A stretch of 64,000 nt of DNA from contig CAVVMW010000018.1 in NCBI GenBank assembly GCA_963749495.1, positions 352,001 through 416,000 on the forward strand, given 5' to 3'. The position numbers and the translations under genes were made by a program. The DNA comes from an uncultured bacterium. GTDB taxonomy: Bacteria > Verrucomicrobiota > Verrucomicrobiia > Limisphaerales > UBA8199. Shown here piece after piece: positions 12,656 through 22,211 of the stretch (within the stretch, counting starts at the first letter, position 1; each line of letters starts with the position of its first letter). The notes below the pieces were generated by a model. It was not told where the DNA came from, searched no databases, and saw only the letters and a program-made list of their open reading frames with translations.

Positions 12656-12911
12656 AAAAGGGGTCGGTTAATGAGATTGATTCTGCTGAAAAACCCCCTT
12701 TTCGATCGAAGGTTGCGATGCTCGACATGGCTCATAGGAACGCCCCGCAATCGAACGGAACCGGCCCCGCGCGGCACGATGGCATCGCTGTTAGACATTT
12801 TTGGTCGAGTCGGGGTTTTTCCGCTCAAAACAGGGGGTTTTTCCGCAGAATCGAGATTGTCATATTAGCACCTTGATCAGAATAGTACATTCTCATTAAC
12901 TGACCCCTTTT
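12656..12911. mobile_element. 256-bp MITE-like element with 21-bp terminal inverted repeats
   Basis: aaaaggggtcggttaatgaga (12656-12676) and tctcattaactgacccctttt (12891-12911), 20/21 match; genes on both sides break at or near its ends. Confidence 0.65.
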
Positions 12912-13015
12912 TGGACCCGGGTCGATCCGGCGAGGCGCTGGGCTGGGCCAATATCGCCGCTTTCCAGCTCCCGCTCCAAGCGGACAAGCCAATTAGCGTC
13001 CGCGAGTAGTTCCAT
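12896..13015 (-). pseudogene. VapC/PIN toxin N-terminal fragment
   Basis: MELLADANWLVRLERE resembles the PIN N-terminus (hhhDxNhh); overlaps the antitoxin 3' end and stops inside the inverted repeat after 39 aa. Confidence 0.65.
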
Positions 13016-13196
13016 GCTTGCCCTTTCTGGTGGTTGCCTGGCGACCGAAATAGGCCCTTAAACCGCGTAGATGGTCTCGATGGGCTGGGACAAGGATCTG
13101 CTTCTTGATGACGTCCGAAAAGCTCTCGTTGCCAAACTTATGGCTCTTGAGAATTTCATACGCCTCGCGGTCAATGCTGATGGTCTTGCTCGCCAT
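12993..13196 (-). CDS. VapB-type antitoxin (DUF217-like)
   Basis: 'MASKTISIDREAYEILKSHK..NESFSDVIKK'. Confidence 0.85.
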   Translation of the reverse strand: MASKTISIDREAYEILKSHKFGNESFSDVIKKQILVPAHRDHLRGLRAYFGRQATTRKGKHGTTRGR

Positions 13197-13287
13197 GCAT
13201 TATATGTCACATAGGCCGGCGCCGAGCCTCAAGCCAAAAGTGAGAGACAGCGAGAAACACGCGGACGAGGGCGTCGGCGCTCCGGCC

Positions 13288-15279
13288 TCAGGCGAAATCA
13301 AGGCCGGCGAAGGAGAGGCTTTCGTCCAGCCAGGTGTCGGCGGCGAGGACGGATTGGCGCTGCTTGAAGGCGTGGTTTTGGGCGCGGCTCTGAGCCAGGG
13401 TGAAGGCGCGATGGGCCAGGCGCTGCCAGCCGGGCAACCGGCTGCGGGCAGCTTGCGAGAGCGCCCCGTGCAGGGCGGCGGGCAGGTAGCGTCGGAGGAT
13501 TTCATCCTCCAGGCTGACGAAGGCCTGCGCGCTGCCAGGGTCACCCTGCCGGGCGGCGCGTCCGTAGAGCTGGCGGTCCACGCGCCCGGACTCATGCCTT
13601 TCGGTGGCCAGGACGTGCAAGCCACCCAGGGCGGCAACGCCCCGGCCCAGCTTGATGTCGGTGCCGCGGCCGGCCATGTTGGTGGCGATGGTGACCCGGC
13701 CCGGCTCGCCTGCAACGGCGATGATGCTCGCCTCTTCCTTGTGGCGCAACGCGTTGAGGACCTTGAACTCGAAGCCGGCGCCGGCCAGCAGCCGGGCGAG
13801 TTTCTCGCTGGCGGCGACGCTCCGGGTGCCGACCAGGACCGGTTGGCCGGTGGCCCGCCGACGGGTGACCTCCTGGGCGACCGCGTGCCATTTCTCGGCC
13901 TCGGTGGTGAATACCCGATCCGGGCATTGCCGGCGCAGGCAAGGGCGGTGGGTGGGGATGCTCACCACCGCCAGTTTGTAGATCTGCCAGAACTCCGGCG
14001 CCGCTTCACGGGCCGTGCCGGTCATGCCCGCCAGCCTGACGAAGCAGCGGAAGAACCTCTGGAAACTCAACCGCGCCATCGTTTCGACCGGGTCGGAGAT
14101 GGCCAAACCCTCCTTGGCCTCGATGGCCTGGTGGAGGCCCTCGCGCCAGGTCCGCTGGGGCATTTGGCGGCCGGTGAATTCATCGACGATGACGACCTTG
14201 CCGTTGGCGATGATGTATTGTTTATCGCGGAGGAACAACTCGCGCGCCGTGAGCGCCTGGCGGATAAGTTCGTCGCGCCGGGCGTGGCCACGCCAAAGCC
14301 CCGGCAGCCCGCCGCAGAGCGCATCGAGTTTGGCGCGGCCGGCGGCCTGCAATTCAATCTCGCGGTAGCGCGGGTTCACCTGGTAGTCGCTGCCGGCTTG
14401 GAGGGAGCCGGCGACCTCGCCGGCCAACCTGACGGCGCCTTCCAGCAAGGAGTTCTTGCGCGGCGCCGAGATGATCAGGGGAGTGACGGCTTCATCGATG
14501 AGCACGCTATCGGCTTCATCCACAAGGGCGGTGTGCAGGCCGCGCATCACCAGGCCGCCGCCTGCGGCTGGGGAGCGCGGCTGGAGCAGTTCACGGATGA
14601 GGCGGCGCGAGGGGTTGGTGAGCGCGCCGAGACGGAGCCGGTCGCGCAGGAAATCCGCCAGGAGTTCCTTGCTGGTGACATAGGTGACATCCGCCTCGTA
14701 GCCTTTCTGCCGGTCCGGCGGGGCCATCGGCGCGGCAACCCAGCCCTCGCGCACGCCGCAAAACCCGTACAAGGGGCGCATCCACGCCGCATCGCGTTCG
14801 ACCAGGTAGTCGTTGACTGTGACAATATGGCAGGGCCGCCTGGTCCAGCCTGCCAGGACGGCGGCAAGGCCCGCGGTCAGGGTCTTGCCCTCGCCGGTGG
14901 CCATCTCGGCCAGGTAACCCCGGTGCAGGGCCAAGGCCCCCATAATCTGGACCAGAAACGGGCGCAGCCCCAGCTTCCGGTCGGCCGCCTCGCGAATTGC
15001 GGCCAGGGCCGGCCTCAATTCCCGGTCCACGTTGCGGCCGCCGCGGCGGAACTGGTCGCGCAATTCCATGAGCCGTTGGTGGAGTTGATAATCGTGCAAG
15101 GCGAGGTACTCGCCGGCCAGGGCGTCAACTTGCTCGGCTTGCTGGCGCAACTGGGCGAGGACTGCCGCGCGACGCTCGTAGAGGCCCATGAGCCGATGGA
15201 CGCCCGCATCCAGGCCCTTGTGCAAAGGGGCTGGCGCGCGGAGATCCAGGCGGCGGCAGTCTTGCGTGGGCGTGTTCAC
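13288..15279 (-). CDS. Short accessory SecA-like DEAD ATPase (663 aa)
   Basis: EMATGEGKT, VTVNDYL, VDEADSVLIDEA.TPLIIS, ATNMAGRGTDI, HESGRVDRQLYGRAARQGDPG; ends soon after the second motor domain, so most of the wing/scaffold C-terminus of housekeeping SecA is missing. Confidence 0.92.
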   Translation of the reverse strand: MNTPTQDCRRLDLRAPAPLHKGLDAGVHRLMGLYERRAAVLAQLRQQAEQVDALAGEYLALHDYQLHQRLMELRDQFRRGGRNVDRELRPALAAIREAADRKLGLRPFLVQIMGALALHRGYLAEMATGEGKTLTAGLAAVLAGWTRRPCHIVTVNDYLVERDAAWMRPLYGFCGVREGWVAAPMAPPDRQKGYEADVTYVTSKELLADFLRDRLRLGALTNPSRRLIRELLQPRSPAAGGGLVMRGLHTALVDEADSVLIDEAVTPLIISAPRKNSLLEGAVRLAGEVAGSLQAGSDYQVNPRYREIELQAAGRAKLDALCGGLPGLWRGHARRDELIRQALTARELFLRDKQYIIANGKVVIVDEFTGRQMPQRTWREGLHQAIEAKEGLAISDPVETMARLSFQRFFRCFVRLAGMTGTAREAAPEFWQIYKLAVVSIPTHRPCLRRQCPDRVFTTEAEKWHAVAQEVTRRRATGQPVLVGTRSVAASEKLARLLAGAGFEFKVLNALRHKEEASIIAVAGEPGRVTIATNMAGRGTDIKLGRGVAALGGLHVLATERHESGRVDRQLYGRAARQGDPGSAQAFVSLEDEILRRYLPAALHGALSQAARSRLPGWQRLAHRAFTLAQSRAQNHAFKQRQSVLAADTWLDESLSFAGLDFA

Positions 15280-17426
15280 AACTGGTAGCGTTTCTGCAGC
15301 AGTTGCCGGAGCCGGCGCAGCCAGCCGGACAGCAGCGGTTCGGGCTGCGAGGCGAAGCGGATAACTCCTGAGCGGCCGTGGAGCAGCCGGACCTCCGGCG
15401 TCGGCGCCAGGCTGGCGTGGATCTCAAAGAAGGGTTCCCTGGCTTTCTCAGGTTCATTGGGCGCGACGGGGACTTCTCCGCCGGCAGCCCAGCCCAGCGC
15501 GGGCGAAGGCAGGGTTTGTTGGCCGCCCGGCACGACCTTCCAGCGGGACACTCGCAGGACCAGCCCGGCCTGGCCCTTCAACCGCACCTCGCCCCCGCGA
15601 GGATGCCGGGCGAAGGCCGCGTCGGCGTCCGCCTGGCCGACCGTGGCGACGAATTCAAAACTCTTCGGATTGACCACCAGGCCAAGAGACACACCCCGTT
15701 CGAGGCGGCGGCCCAGGGCGTCCTGAATGCGCGGAGCCACCCAGACGCCGGCATGGCGCGCGCGCAAGGTCAGGGCCGCTTCGTCGGTTCGGAGTTTCTG
15801 CACCTGGCTGGCAAGCGACACCAGACGGCTTTCCAAAGGCTTGAGGTCTGCGTTCGTCCGGCTGAGGGCCTGACGGAAACGGGCCTCGCATTCCTGGGAT
15901 TGGGCCAGGGCATCATCGAGCTGCAACTCCAGTTCCCGGCTGCGCAACTGGAGCAACGGCTGGCCGGCAGACACCGGGCTTCCGGGCGCGGCCAGGAGCT
16001 TCTCGACTACTCCCGCCACGCCGTTGACCACCTCGGTCCGTTCCTCGGCCTGCACAACGCCGGGCGCCCGAAAATGACTCGGAAAGGGAATCACCGCCAA
16101 CAGCCACAGCAACGCCCCGGCCATCCCGGCGGTGACGCCGCATGCGCGCCAACGCACGCGCTGCAGCCTCGGGCTGGCCGCCAGGTAATACACGAACCTG
16201 CCCACCGGCACGCTCACCCAGGAAACCAGGCAGACGCCGGCCATCACGAGCCCCAAGATGAGGAACCGGTCCGCCACGAGCACCAGGACGCCGCCGAACA
16301 CGATGACACGGTAAATGCCGCTGGTGATGCCGAACACTACCAGCCAGACGGCCTCGCGGCGTGTCAGCGCGGGGCTTTGCGACTGCTTGACGCCGAAGAC
16401 ATAGCGTTCCCAGAAATGCCGCAACTCCAGGGCGGCCCGCTGGGACAGGTTCGGAATCTCCAGCAGGTCCGAGAGAATGTAATAGCCGTCGAAACGGAGC
16501 AACGGGTTGGCGTTGAAAATGACGGTGGAAACCGAGGCGACGAACATCATGTTGTAGGCCAGACTGTGGAGGGTGCCCGGGCCCGTCGCCGCCCACACAA
16601 ATGCAGCCAGGGCCGCCACAAAGAGCTCGACCACCATGCCGGCGGCGCCCACCGCCGCCCGTTGCCAGCGGCTGCGCAGCCCCCAGCTCGAGGAGACATC
16701 CGTATAGGGCACCGGCGTGAAGATCATCAGCATGATGCCCATGACGTGGACTTCGCCGCCAAATTTGCGGCAGAACAAGGCGTGGCCGAACTCGTGAAGG
16801 GCCTTGACGATCACCAGCCCGGTGTAGAGCAGCGGCAGGTTTCCCGGGGCCAGCACCCCTTGTCCTTGCACGCGCAGCGTCGGCCAGTTATCCACGACCA
16901 CTTTCAGTGCCAGCCCGACCACCACCGCCCACAGCCCGACGCCTGCCAGGCTGATAAGCGGGCCCAGCACCGGCAAGGCCCGCGCCAGCAACCGGTCCGG
17001 GTCCAGCAAAGGGAACCGCAGGAACATCAGGTTCAGGAGCCTTGCGGTCACCTCGCGCTGGCGCCGTTGCTTGAAGCGCCTGAATAACTGTGCGGCGTCC
17101 ACTGCCTGCTCGTAGTGCAGCAGGTTGGCATAATACAACTGGGAGAGCAGGTGCAGGGCCGCCTCCTGGCCGGGGGCCTCGTCCGGGAACCGCTGCAGGC
17201 ATTGCTCCCAGACCTCCTGCACCGTCCGCTCCGGGCGCAACCGGGCGACAAACGCATAGGCGGCAGGGTGCAGGCGGAAGTACTGGTTGGTGAACGGGTT
17301 TTGCAGCACGATCCAGTGTTCGCCCCGGTAGATCTGCCGTTGCACCTGGACACCCGGGCGCAGATACAACCGCTGGCCGGCTATCCGATACCACGACTCG
17401 CTGAACGTAGCGGGGGCCTCGGCCAT
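15276..17426 (-). CDS. PqqD-like N-terminus + M50 (site-2) metallopeptidase + HlyD-type adaptor fusion
   Basis: HEFGH and NPLLRFDG motifs among multiple TM helices; C-terminal lipoyl-like 'GVVEKLLAAPGSPVSAGQPLLQL' and coiled coil; N-terminal 'RTVQEVWEQCLQRFPDEAP..LLSQLY' is PqqD/winged-helix-like. Confidence 0.85.
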   Translation of the reverse strand: MAEAPATFSESWYRIAGQRLYLRPGVQVQRQIYRGEHWIVLQNPFTNQYFRLHPAAYAFVARLRPERTVQEVWEQCLQRFPDEAPGQEAALHLLSQLYYANLLHYEQAVDAAQLFRRFKQRRQREVTARLLNLMFLRFPLLDPDRLLARALPVLGPLISLAGVGLWAVVVGLALKVVVDNWPTLRVQGQGVLAPGNLPLLYTGLVIVKALHEFGHALFCRKFGGEVHVMGIMLMIFTPVPYTDVSSSWGLRSRWQRAAVGAAGMVVELFVAALAAFVWAATGPGTLHSLAYNMMFVASVSTVIFNANPLLRFDGYYILSDLLEIPNLSQRAALELRHFWERYVFGVKQSQSPALTRREAVWLVVFGITSGIYRVIVFGGVLVLVADRFLILGLVMAGVCLVSWVSVPVGRFVYYLAASPRLQRVRWRACGVTAGMAGALLWLLAVIPFPSHFRAPGVVQAEERTEVVNGVAGVVEKLLAAPGSPVSAGQPLLQLRSRELELQLDDALAQSQECEARFRQALSRTNADLKPLESRLVSLASQVQKLRTDEAALTLRARHAGVWVAPRIQDALGRRLERGVSLGLVVNPKSFEFVATVGQADADAAFARHPRGGEVRLKGQAGLVLRVSRWKVVPGGQQTLPSPALGWAAGGEVPVAPNEPEKAREPFFEIHASLAPTPEVRLLHGRSGVIRFASQPEPLLSGWLRRLRQLLQKRYQL

Positions 17427-17429
17427 AAC

Positions 17430-19292
17430 TCACCACCAGAAGTGGAGCCGCAGGAAATCGACCGTCCGGTGGGTCAGAATCCAGAAGAGGGTGCGTTTGT
17501 CGACGTCGATCTTGCACACCCCGCTCATGCCCGGACGCCACCACGGCTGGGGCGGGCCCAGGCGGCAGCGCACCAGGAAGACGTTCGCTTCGTTCCTGGG
17601 GAGGGCGGCCTGTTCCAGCGCGGCTATCCGAATGGGGAATTTCTTCTTGGGTTGGCTGACGAAGGCAATCTGGCCGGCGGCCTTGCCCAGAACCTCGTGG
17701 ATATCGCGTTCGTTCACCTCGGCTTCGGCGTAGAGCGTGTCGATGCGCGCGATTTTGAGCAGCACCTCAGCGGCTTTGACGGGCGCGCCCAGGCGCTCTC
17801 GCAAGTCGCCTTCGATGACCACGCCCTCAAAGGGGCTCTTGATCGTCGCGTGCGCGATGCGGTAGCGCACCAGCTCCAGCCGCGCCGTGGCCTGCTCCGC
17901 CATGGCCTGGGCAATCCGCATCTCCGCCAGCGCCTTGGCCGCCCGCGCCTTCTCGGCCTCGCGCTGGTAGCGGTCCACATCGGCCAAAGCGAACGATTCT
18001 TCCAACGCCAATTCGTCGGTCCTGAGCTTCAACAGCTCGCTCCCAGCCCGGACCGTGTCGCCCGGCCGGACCAGCGCCTGTTCCAGGAAACCATCAAAGG
18101 GCGCGGTCAGAGAGGCCTGCGCCTCGCTGCGCAGCACGAACTTGCCCTCGACCCGGTAGGGGACGGGCACCAGGAAGAGCACCCCCAGCAATGCCGTAAC
18201 GACCAGCGCCAGCAGCTTGGCCCAGGTATGCTCCGGGCCGAGCAGCCTGGCCAGGCCATCCCGCGCATGTGCGGCCCAGCGGGCGCCAAACCACCGGTCC
18301 TGTTTGTGGAGTCGCTCTAGGAACGGGGCCGCTAAATCGCAGGCCAGCCGCATCTGCTGCAGTTCGGTCTCAGACAAGCCTGGCCCCCGCCGCTCGCAGG
18401 AAATCACCGCTACCGGCTGCTTGTCCACGCGCAACGGCAGCGACCACATGTGTTCAACCTTCTGCTCCCGGCAAAACCGCTCGTGCTCGCGGCTGACCAG
18501 CGCGGTCCCTTCCGGTCGTGGCCATACGACCTCGTCATCCTGGTCCAGGGACTCTTCCATGGCCGCCTCGAGGGCTTGGGCGGCGGCCATTTGTCGCTCA
18601 AACTTCTCGGTCCGGCTCATGGCGCGCAGGCGCACGTAGCCGCCCTCCAGCCAGCCCAGGCTAACCTGGTCGCACCCGTAACGGCTCGCCAGCCCGTTGC
18701 AGAAGGTCATGGCCGCGGCCAGAAACCGCTTTTCCGGGCTGATGCTGGCCGTCAGGTCCAGCACCGTCGCCAGTTTTTCGGCCTCGCCTCGGGCCTGGCG
18801 CGCGGCCAGGGCCGTCTGGTAGAGCTGCGGCGCCGGCGCCAACAGGCGCAGCCGGACGGAAGCCTCTCGCGCATTGGCTTCACTGATTTCCGAAATCAGG
18901 CCGACCAGGACGCACTCTTCCGCCTGGCCCGGCTGCGCATCCAGGCGCGCGCCGACCACGAAATGGCCCGAAGTGGACCTGGCCTTCTCCTCCAGGGGCC
19001 ACAGCAGCCAATTCTCGGCCGCCGTCCGCGTGGCGTGCTGCTCCAACTGGGTCAGGAATGTCGTGAGCATCCGGGAGGGCAGTGTTTCCCTCGGCCACGA
19101 CAGCAACTGTTGCCAGGCCTGCCCCGGTTTGCGCGCGAGCAACACCAGCGTGTCGGCCAGGCTCACTTGCCGGGCGACGGCCAAAAAACGCGGCCAGAAG
19201 TCCTTTGGCGGCCCGGCAAACTGACGCAGTTGCGTCAGCTCTCTTAACCCCTGGTCCAGGGCGGCGCCGGCAGTTTGAGGTTCGTTGGGCAT
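17430..19292 (-). CDS. GAF-like domain + HlyD/RND periplasmic adaptor
   Basis: 'ALEAAMEESLDQD...SLPLRVDKQPVAVISCER' GAF-like region, one TM helix, 'APFDGFL..ALVRPGDTV..G..L', 'IKSPFEGVV', 'WRPGMSG'. Confidence 0.85.
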   Translation of the reverse strand: MPNEPQTAGAALDQGLRELTQLRQFAGPPKDFWPRFLAVARQVSLADTLVLLARKPGQAWQQLLSWPRETLPSRMLTTFLTQLEQHATRTAAENWLLWPLEEKARSTSGHFVVGARLDAQPGQAEECVLVGLISEISEANAREASVRLRLLAPAPQLYQTALAARQARGEAEKLATVLDLTASISPEKRFLAAAMTFCNGLASRYGCDQVSLGWLEGGYVRLRAMSRTEKFERQMAAAQALEAAMEESLDQDDEVVWPRPEGTALVSREHERFCREQKVEHMWSLPLRVDKQPVAVISCERRGPGLSETELQQMRLACDLAAPFLERLHKQDRWFGARWAAHARDGLARLLGPEHTWAKLLALVVTALLGVLFLVPVPYRVEGKFVLRSEAQASLTAPFDGFLEQALVRPGDTVRAGSELLKLRTDELALEESFALADVDRYQREAEKARAAKALAEMRIAQAMAEQATARLELVRYRIAHATIKSPFEGVVIEGDLRERLGAPVKAAEVLLKIARIDTLYAEAEVNERDIHEVLGKAAGQIAFVSQPKKKFPIRIAALEQAALPRNEANVFLVRCRLGPPQPWWRPGMSGVCKIDVDKRTLFWILTHRTVDFLRLHFWW

Positions 19293-19391
19293 AGAGGGGG
19301 CGCCACTCCGGCTGCAACCGCCTTGGCCCCGCCGCGGGGCAGGGGCCTGGTTCGGCTTGGGGTGCCTTGTAAATGCCGTTCCATAGGGCAG

Positions 19392-20126
19392 CTACGGGTA
19401 TGACATCCTTGCGGCCAGACCAGGCCGGATTTTCGCGTTCGGGTTGTCGAAAACCGCCTTCACCCGCGCCAGGCCGCTGGCGGGGTCCACGACCGGGGAG
19501 ATGAAGCAAATCGTCCCCGTTACCGGGCTGGCGCCTCCCTCGACCTGGATCCTCACCGGCTGGTCCAGGCGCAGAGCCGAGGCCGCTTTGCCTTCGATGT
19601 GCCCAACGAAATAACAGCGGCTGGTGTCCACCAGCCGGACCAGGGGCTGGTATGGGGCGCAGGCCGCGCCTGCGTGCAGCGAGATCTCGCAAATCGTACC
19701 CGCGAACGGCGCCACGATCCGGCGCCGCGCCAGTTGCTCCTCCGCAATCGCGTATTCGGCTGCGGCGACGTTGTATTCCATTCGCTTCTTGTCCAGCTCT
19801 TCCCTGCTCACAGACTTGGTCCTTTCCACGAGCACTTGGGTCGCATCCAGGTCGGTCTTGGCCCGATCCATCACGGCTTTGCGGCGCGCGGCCTCGAGTT
19901 CCTCAAGCTTCTGATCCAACATCATGAGGGCGTCGCCCTTCTTTACCGGCTGCCCCTCTTTGCAGCACTCCAGCGTGATGATCCCCGGCACGGACGCGCT
20001 GAGGTTGACGTCAAGGTACGGCTCCGTGATGCCGGTGACGGGCGCGGAGCTTTCGGCAGGGGATGCCGCCACCGCCAGGAAAAGCGCAATTGAAGTCAGT
20101 GATGCATGATAGCGATTCATGTGCAT
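19392..20126 (-). CDS. RND/HlyD-type periplasmic adaptor with signal peptide
   Basis: 'KEGQPVKKGD', 'IVAPFAGTI', 'FISPVVDPASGL', 'IRPGL'. Confidence 0.88.
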   Translation of the reverse strand: MHMNRYHASLTSIALFLAVAASPAESSAPVTGITEPYLDVNLSASVPGIITLECCKEGQPVKKGDALMMLDQKLEELEAARRKAVMDRAKTDLDATQVLVERTKSVSREELDKKRMEYNVAAAEYAIAEEQLARRRIVAPFAGTICEISLHAGAACAPYQPLVRLVDTSRCYFVGHIEGKAASALRLDQPVRIQVEGGASPVTGTICFISPVVDPASGLARVKAVFDNPNAKIRPGLAARMSYP

Positions 20127-20330
20127 GGATCAACCGATTCAGCGTGGCGGCGGCGCGCCCGCGGACGCCGCGGGGCAGCCACCGGCCACAAGAGTGAACA
20201 TGGGAGCGAGTCTATTGGGGTCCGCCTGAATGGTCAATCCTTTCCTCAATCTCTGAAACAGCGTGGGAGTGTGTCCGCCGCGCCACCTGCCTCCAATGGG
20301 GCGCACGACCGATTTCTTCGAGCGCCCATC

Positions 20331-20386
20331 CTGCCGCCTAAAGGCGGCGTTCCGGTTGGCTGCGGAACGCCGCCTTTAGGCGGCAG
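20331..20386. repeat. REP-doublet-like perfect 24-bp hairpin in the divergent promoter region
   Basis: ctgccgcctaaaggcggcgttccg-N8-cggaacgccgcctttaggcggcag; each arm contains its own ccgcct-aa-aggcgg palindrome. Confidence 0.85.
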
Positions 20387-20526
20387 CGAAGAATTCTGTC
20401 CTGCGCCCCCTCCGAGGCCTTGCCATGTTCGCTTGACTGCCTGTGGCGCGTCGGGTAAAAGGGGGGCGCCCTTTCGTGATTTGGCAAAACAAACGGACTG
20501 TTGGCCCTCGACCCGGACTCAGGTTC

Positions 20527-22200
20527 GTGAGGCGCCTGCCTTTGCTTTGTGCAGTGGTTTGTCTGGCCCGCATCGCTTCTGCTGAGACCCCAATCCCGGC
20601 GCCAACCCGCGACCTGGGCTTGAAGGAATTCCTGCGTTTGGTTCTTGAACGGAATGAGAGCCTGCAGACCCGCGCCCTGGAGCTGAAGATCGCCGACAAG
20701 CGGTTTCGAGCCGAGCGAGGGGCCTTCGAACCCGACTTGGTCCTCGGCTTCGATCGAGCCGAAAACGACCGCGAAAACAACGCCCAACAGCAGCGCGCGA
20801 CCGGTGAGCTCATCTTCCAGGAAAAGAACAATGTCTATACCAGCGGCCTGGAGGCCCTGGTCCCCACCGGCGCCCGCGTGCAGTTGGGATACACGCTCAA
20901 CGATTTGCGCAACAACCTGCAGGAACCGGTCTTGGGCACCATTTACACCAATCGGTTGTGGCCGGAGTACCAGGCATTCGCGGGGATCAGCATTACCCAA
21001 CCCTTGCTCAAGAACGCGTGGTTCCCCGCGACGCTGGCCAATATTCGTGTGGCCGCGCTGGCGGGCGAGGTGGCCTACCAGGAGTATCGGCGGCAGATGA
21101 TGCTAGTGATGACGACCGCCGAGGCAGCGTATTGGAACCTCCATCTGGCCCAGGAGCAGGTGCGCTTCTTTGGCGAATCGGTGCATCTGGCCGAGGGCTT
21201 GGTGCATGATAGCCAGGCGCGTCTTGAGGCGGGGCCAGGCTCCGAGTTGGAGGTGGCGGAAGCCAGGGCGGGCGCATCACTTCGCAAGACCAAACTCGTG
21301 GAAGCCGAGCAGAAGCTCTTTGAAAGCGTGGCCCAGATGCTGACGCTTATCTCCCAGCCCGGCAGCGACAGAGCCCCGCTGCTCCGGGCAACGGATGCGC
21401 CCGGCGAGCCGGGTCCTGCTCCGAGCTATATCGAGAGCGCCACCAATGCGCTGCAAATGAATCCCGACTACCTGGGCCAGACCAAGAAGCTGCAGCAGGA
21501 GAACATCCGGCTGGCTTACGCCAAAAACCAACGGCTGCCGCAATTGGACTTGAAGGCCAGTTACGGCCTCAACGGCCTGGGCACGGACCCTTGGAGTTCA
21601 TGGCAGGATGTCGAACATGGGGGGTTTCCCTCATTCTCGGCCGGCGTGGAGCTGCGCGTTCCGCTGGCCGGCGGGATTCGCGCCAAGAACGAGCTGGCGG
21701 CGGCCAGACTTCGCAAACAGCAGGCGCTGCTCTCCTTGCACGAAATTGAAAGCCAGGTGCTCAATTCCATTACCGCCTCCCTGTGGAGAATCCGCAGCTA
21801 CCGCGAGAGCATCCGGGATTACGAACAAATCGTTGCCTTCAGCCGGGACCGGCTGGCTACCGAAATGAAACGCCTGGAGGTCGGCAAGGTGGGCGCCCAG
21901 CGCGTGCTGGATGCCGATGCGGCCCTGCTCGAGGCTCAGAATGCCGTGCTCGAAACCAGGGTCCGAGTTGAGCGTGCCCGCCTCGAACTCGAACTGGCTG
22001 AAGGCACCGTGCTTCGCGCACGCAACCTCGAGCTTTCGCCAAGCGCAGTCCGAACTCGAACGTTCCAGTTGCTCCGCGACGCCGGCGTGCCGCCGGAGCA
22101 ATACCGGGAGTTGCTCAACCGCCGGCCACCGGCGTCCGTCGAGCCGGCGAAGTCGCCCGACGCTCGGGTGACATCGTCCTCAGAGACCGGCCGTGAATGA
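20527..22200 (+). CDS. TolC-family outer-membrane channel
   Basis: Signal peptide from GTG 20527 (ORF track starts at 20443); 'ITQPLLKN', 'AYWNL..AQE', 'AKNQRLPQLDL.ASYG', 'GVELRVPL'. Confidence 0.9.
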   Translation: MRRLPLLCAVVCLARIASAETPIPAPTRDLGLKEFLRLVLERNESLQTRALELKIADKRFRAERGAFEPDLVLGFDRAENDRENNAQQQRATGELIFQEKNNVYTSGLEALVPTGARVQLGYTLNDLRNNLQEPVLGTIYTNRLWPEYQAFAGISITQPLLKNAWFPATLANIRVAALAGEVAYQEYRRQMMLVMTTAEAAYWNLHLAQEQVRFFGESVHLAEGLVHDSQARLEAGPGSELEVAEARAGASLRKTKLVEAEQKLFESVAQMLTLISQPGSDRAPLLRATDAPGEPGPAPSYIESATNALQMNPDYLGQTKKLQQENIRLAYAKNQRLPQLDLKASYGLNGLGTDPWSSWQDVEHGGFPSFSAGVELRVPLAGGIRAKNELAAARLRKQQALLSLHEIESQVLNSITASLWRIRSYRESIRDYEQIVAFSRDRLATEMKRLEVGKVGAQRVLDADAALLEAQNAVLETRVRVERARLELELAEGTVLRARNLELSPSAVRTRTFQLLRDAGVPPEQYRELLNRRPPASVEPAKSPDARVTSSSETGRE

Positions 22201-22211
22201 CATCGAACGTC

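Noticed and set aside
13288..15279. Housekeeping secA
   Set aside because: Too short, lacks the C-terminal domains, and is embedded in an adaptor/peptidase operon.
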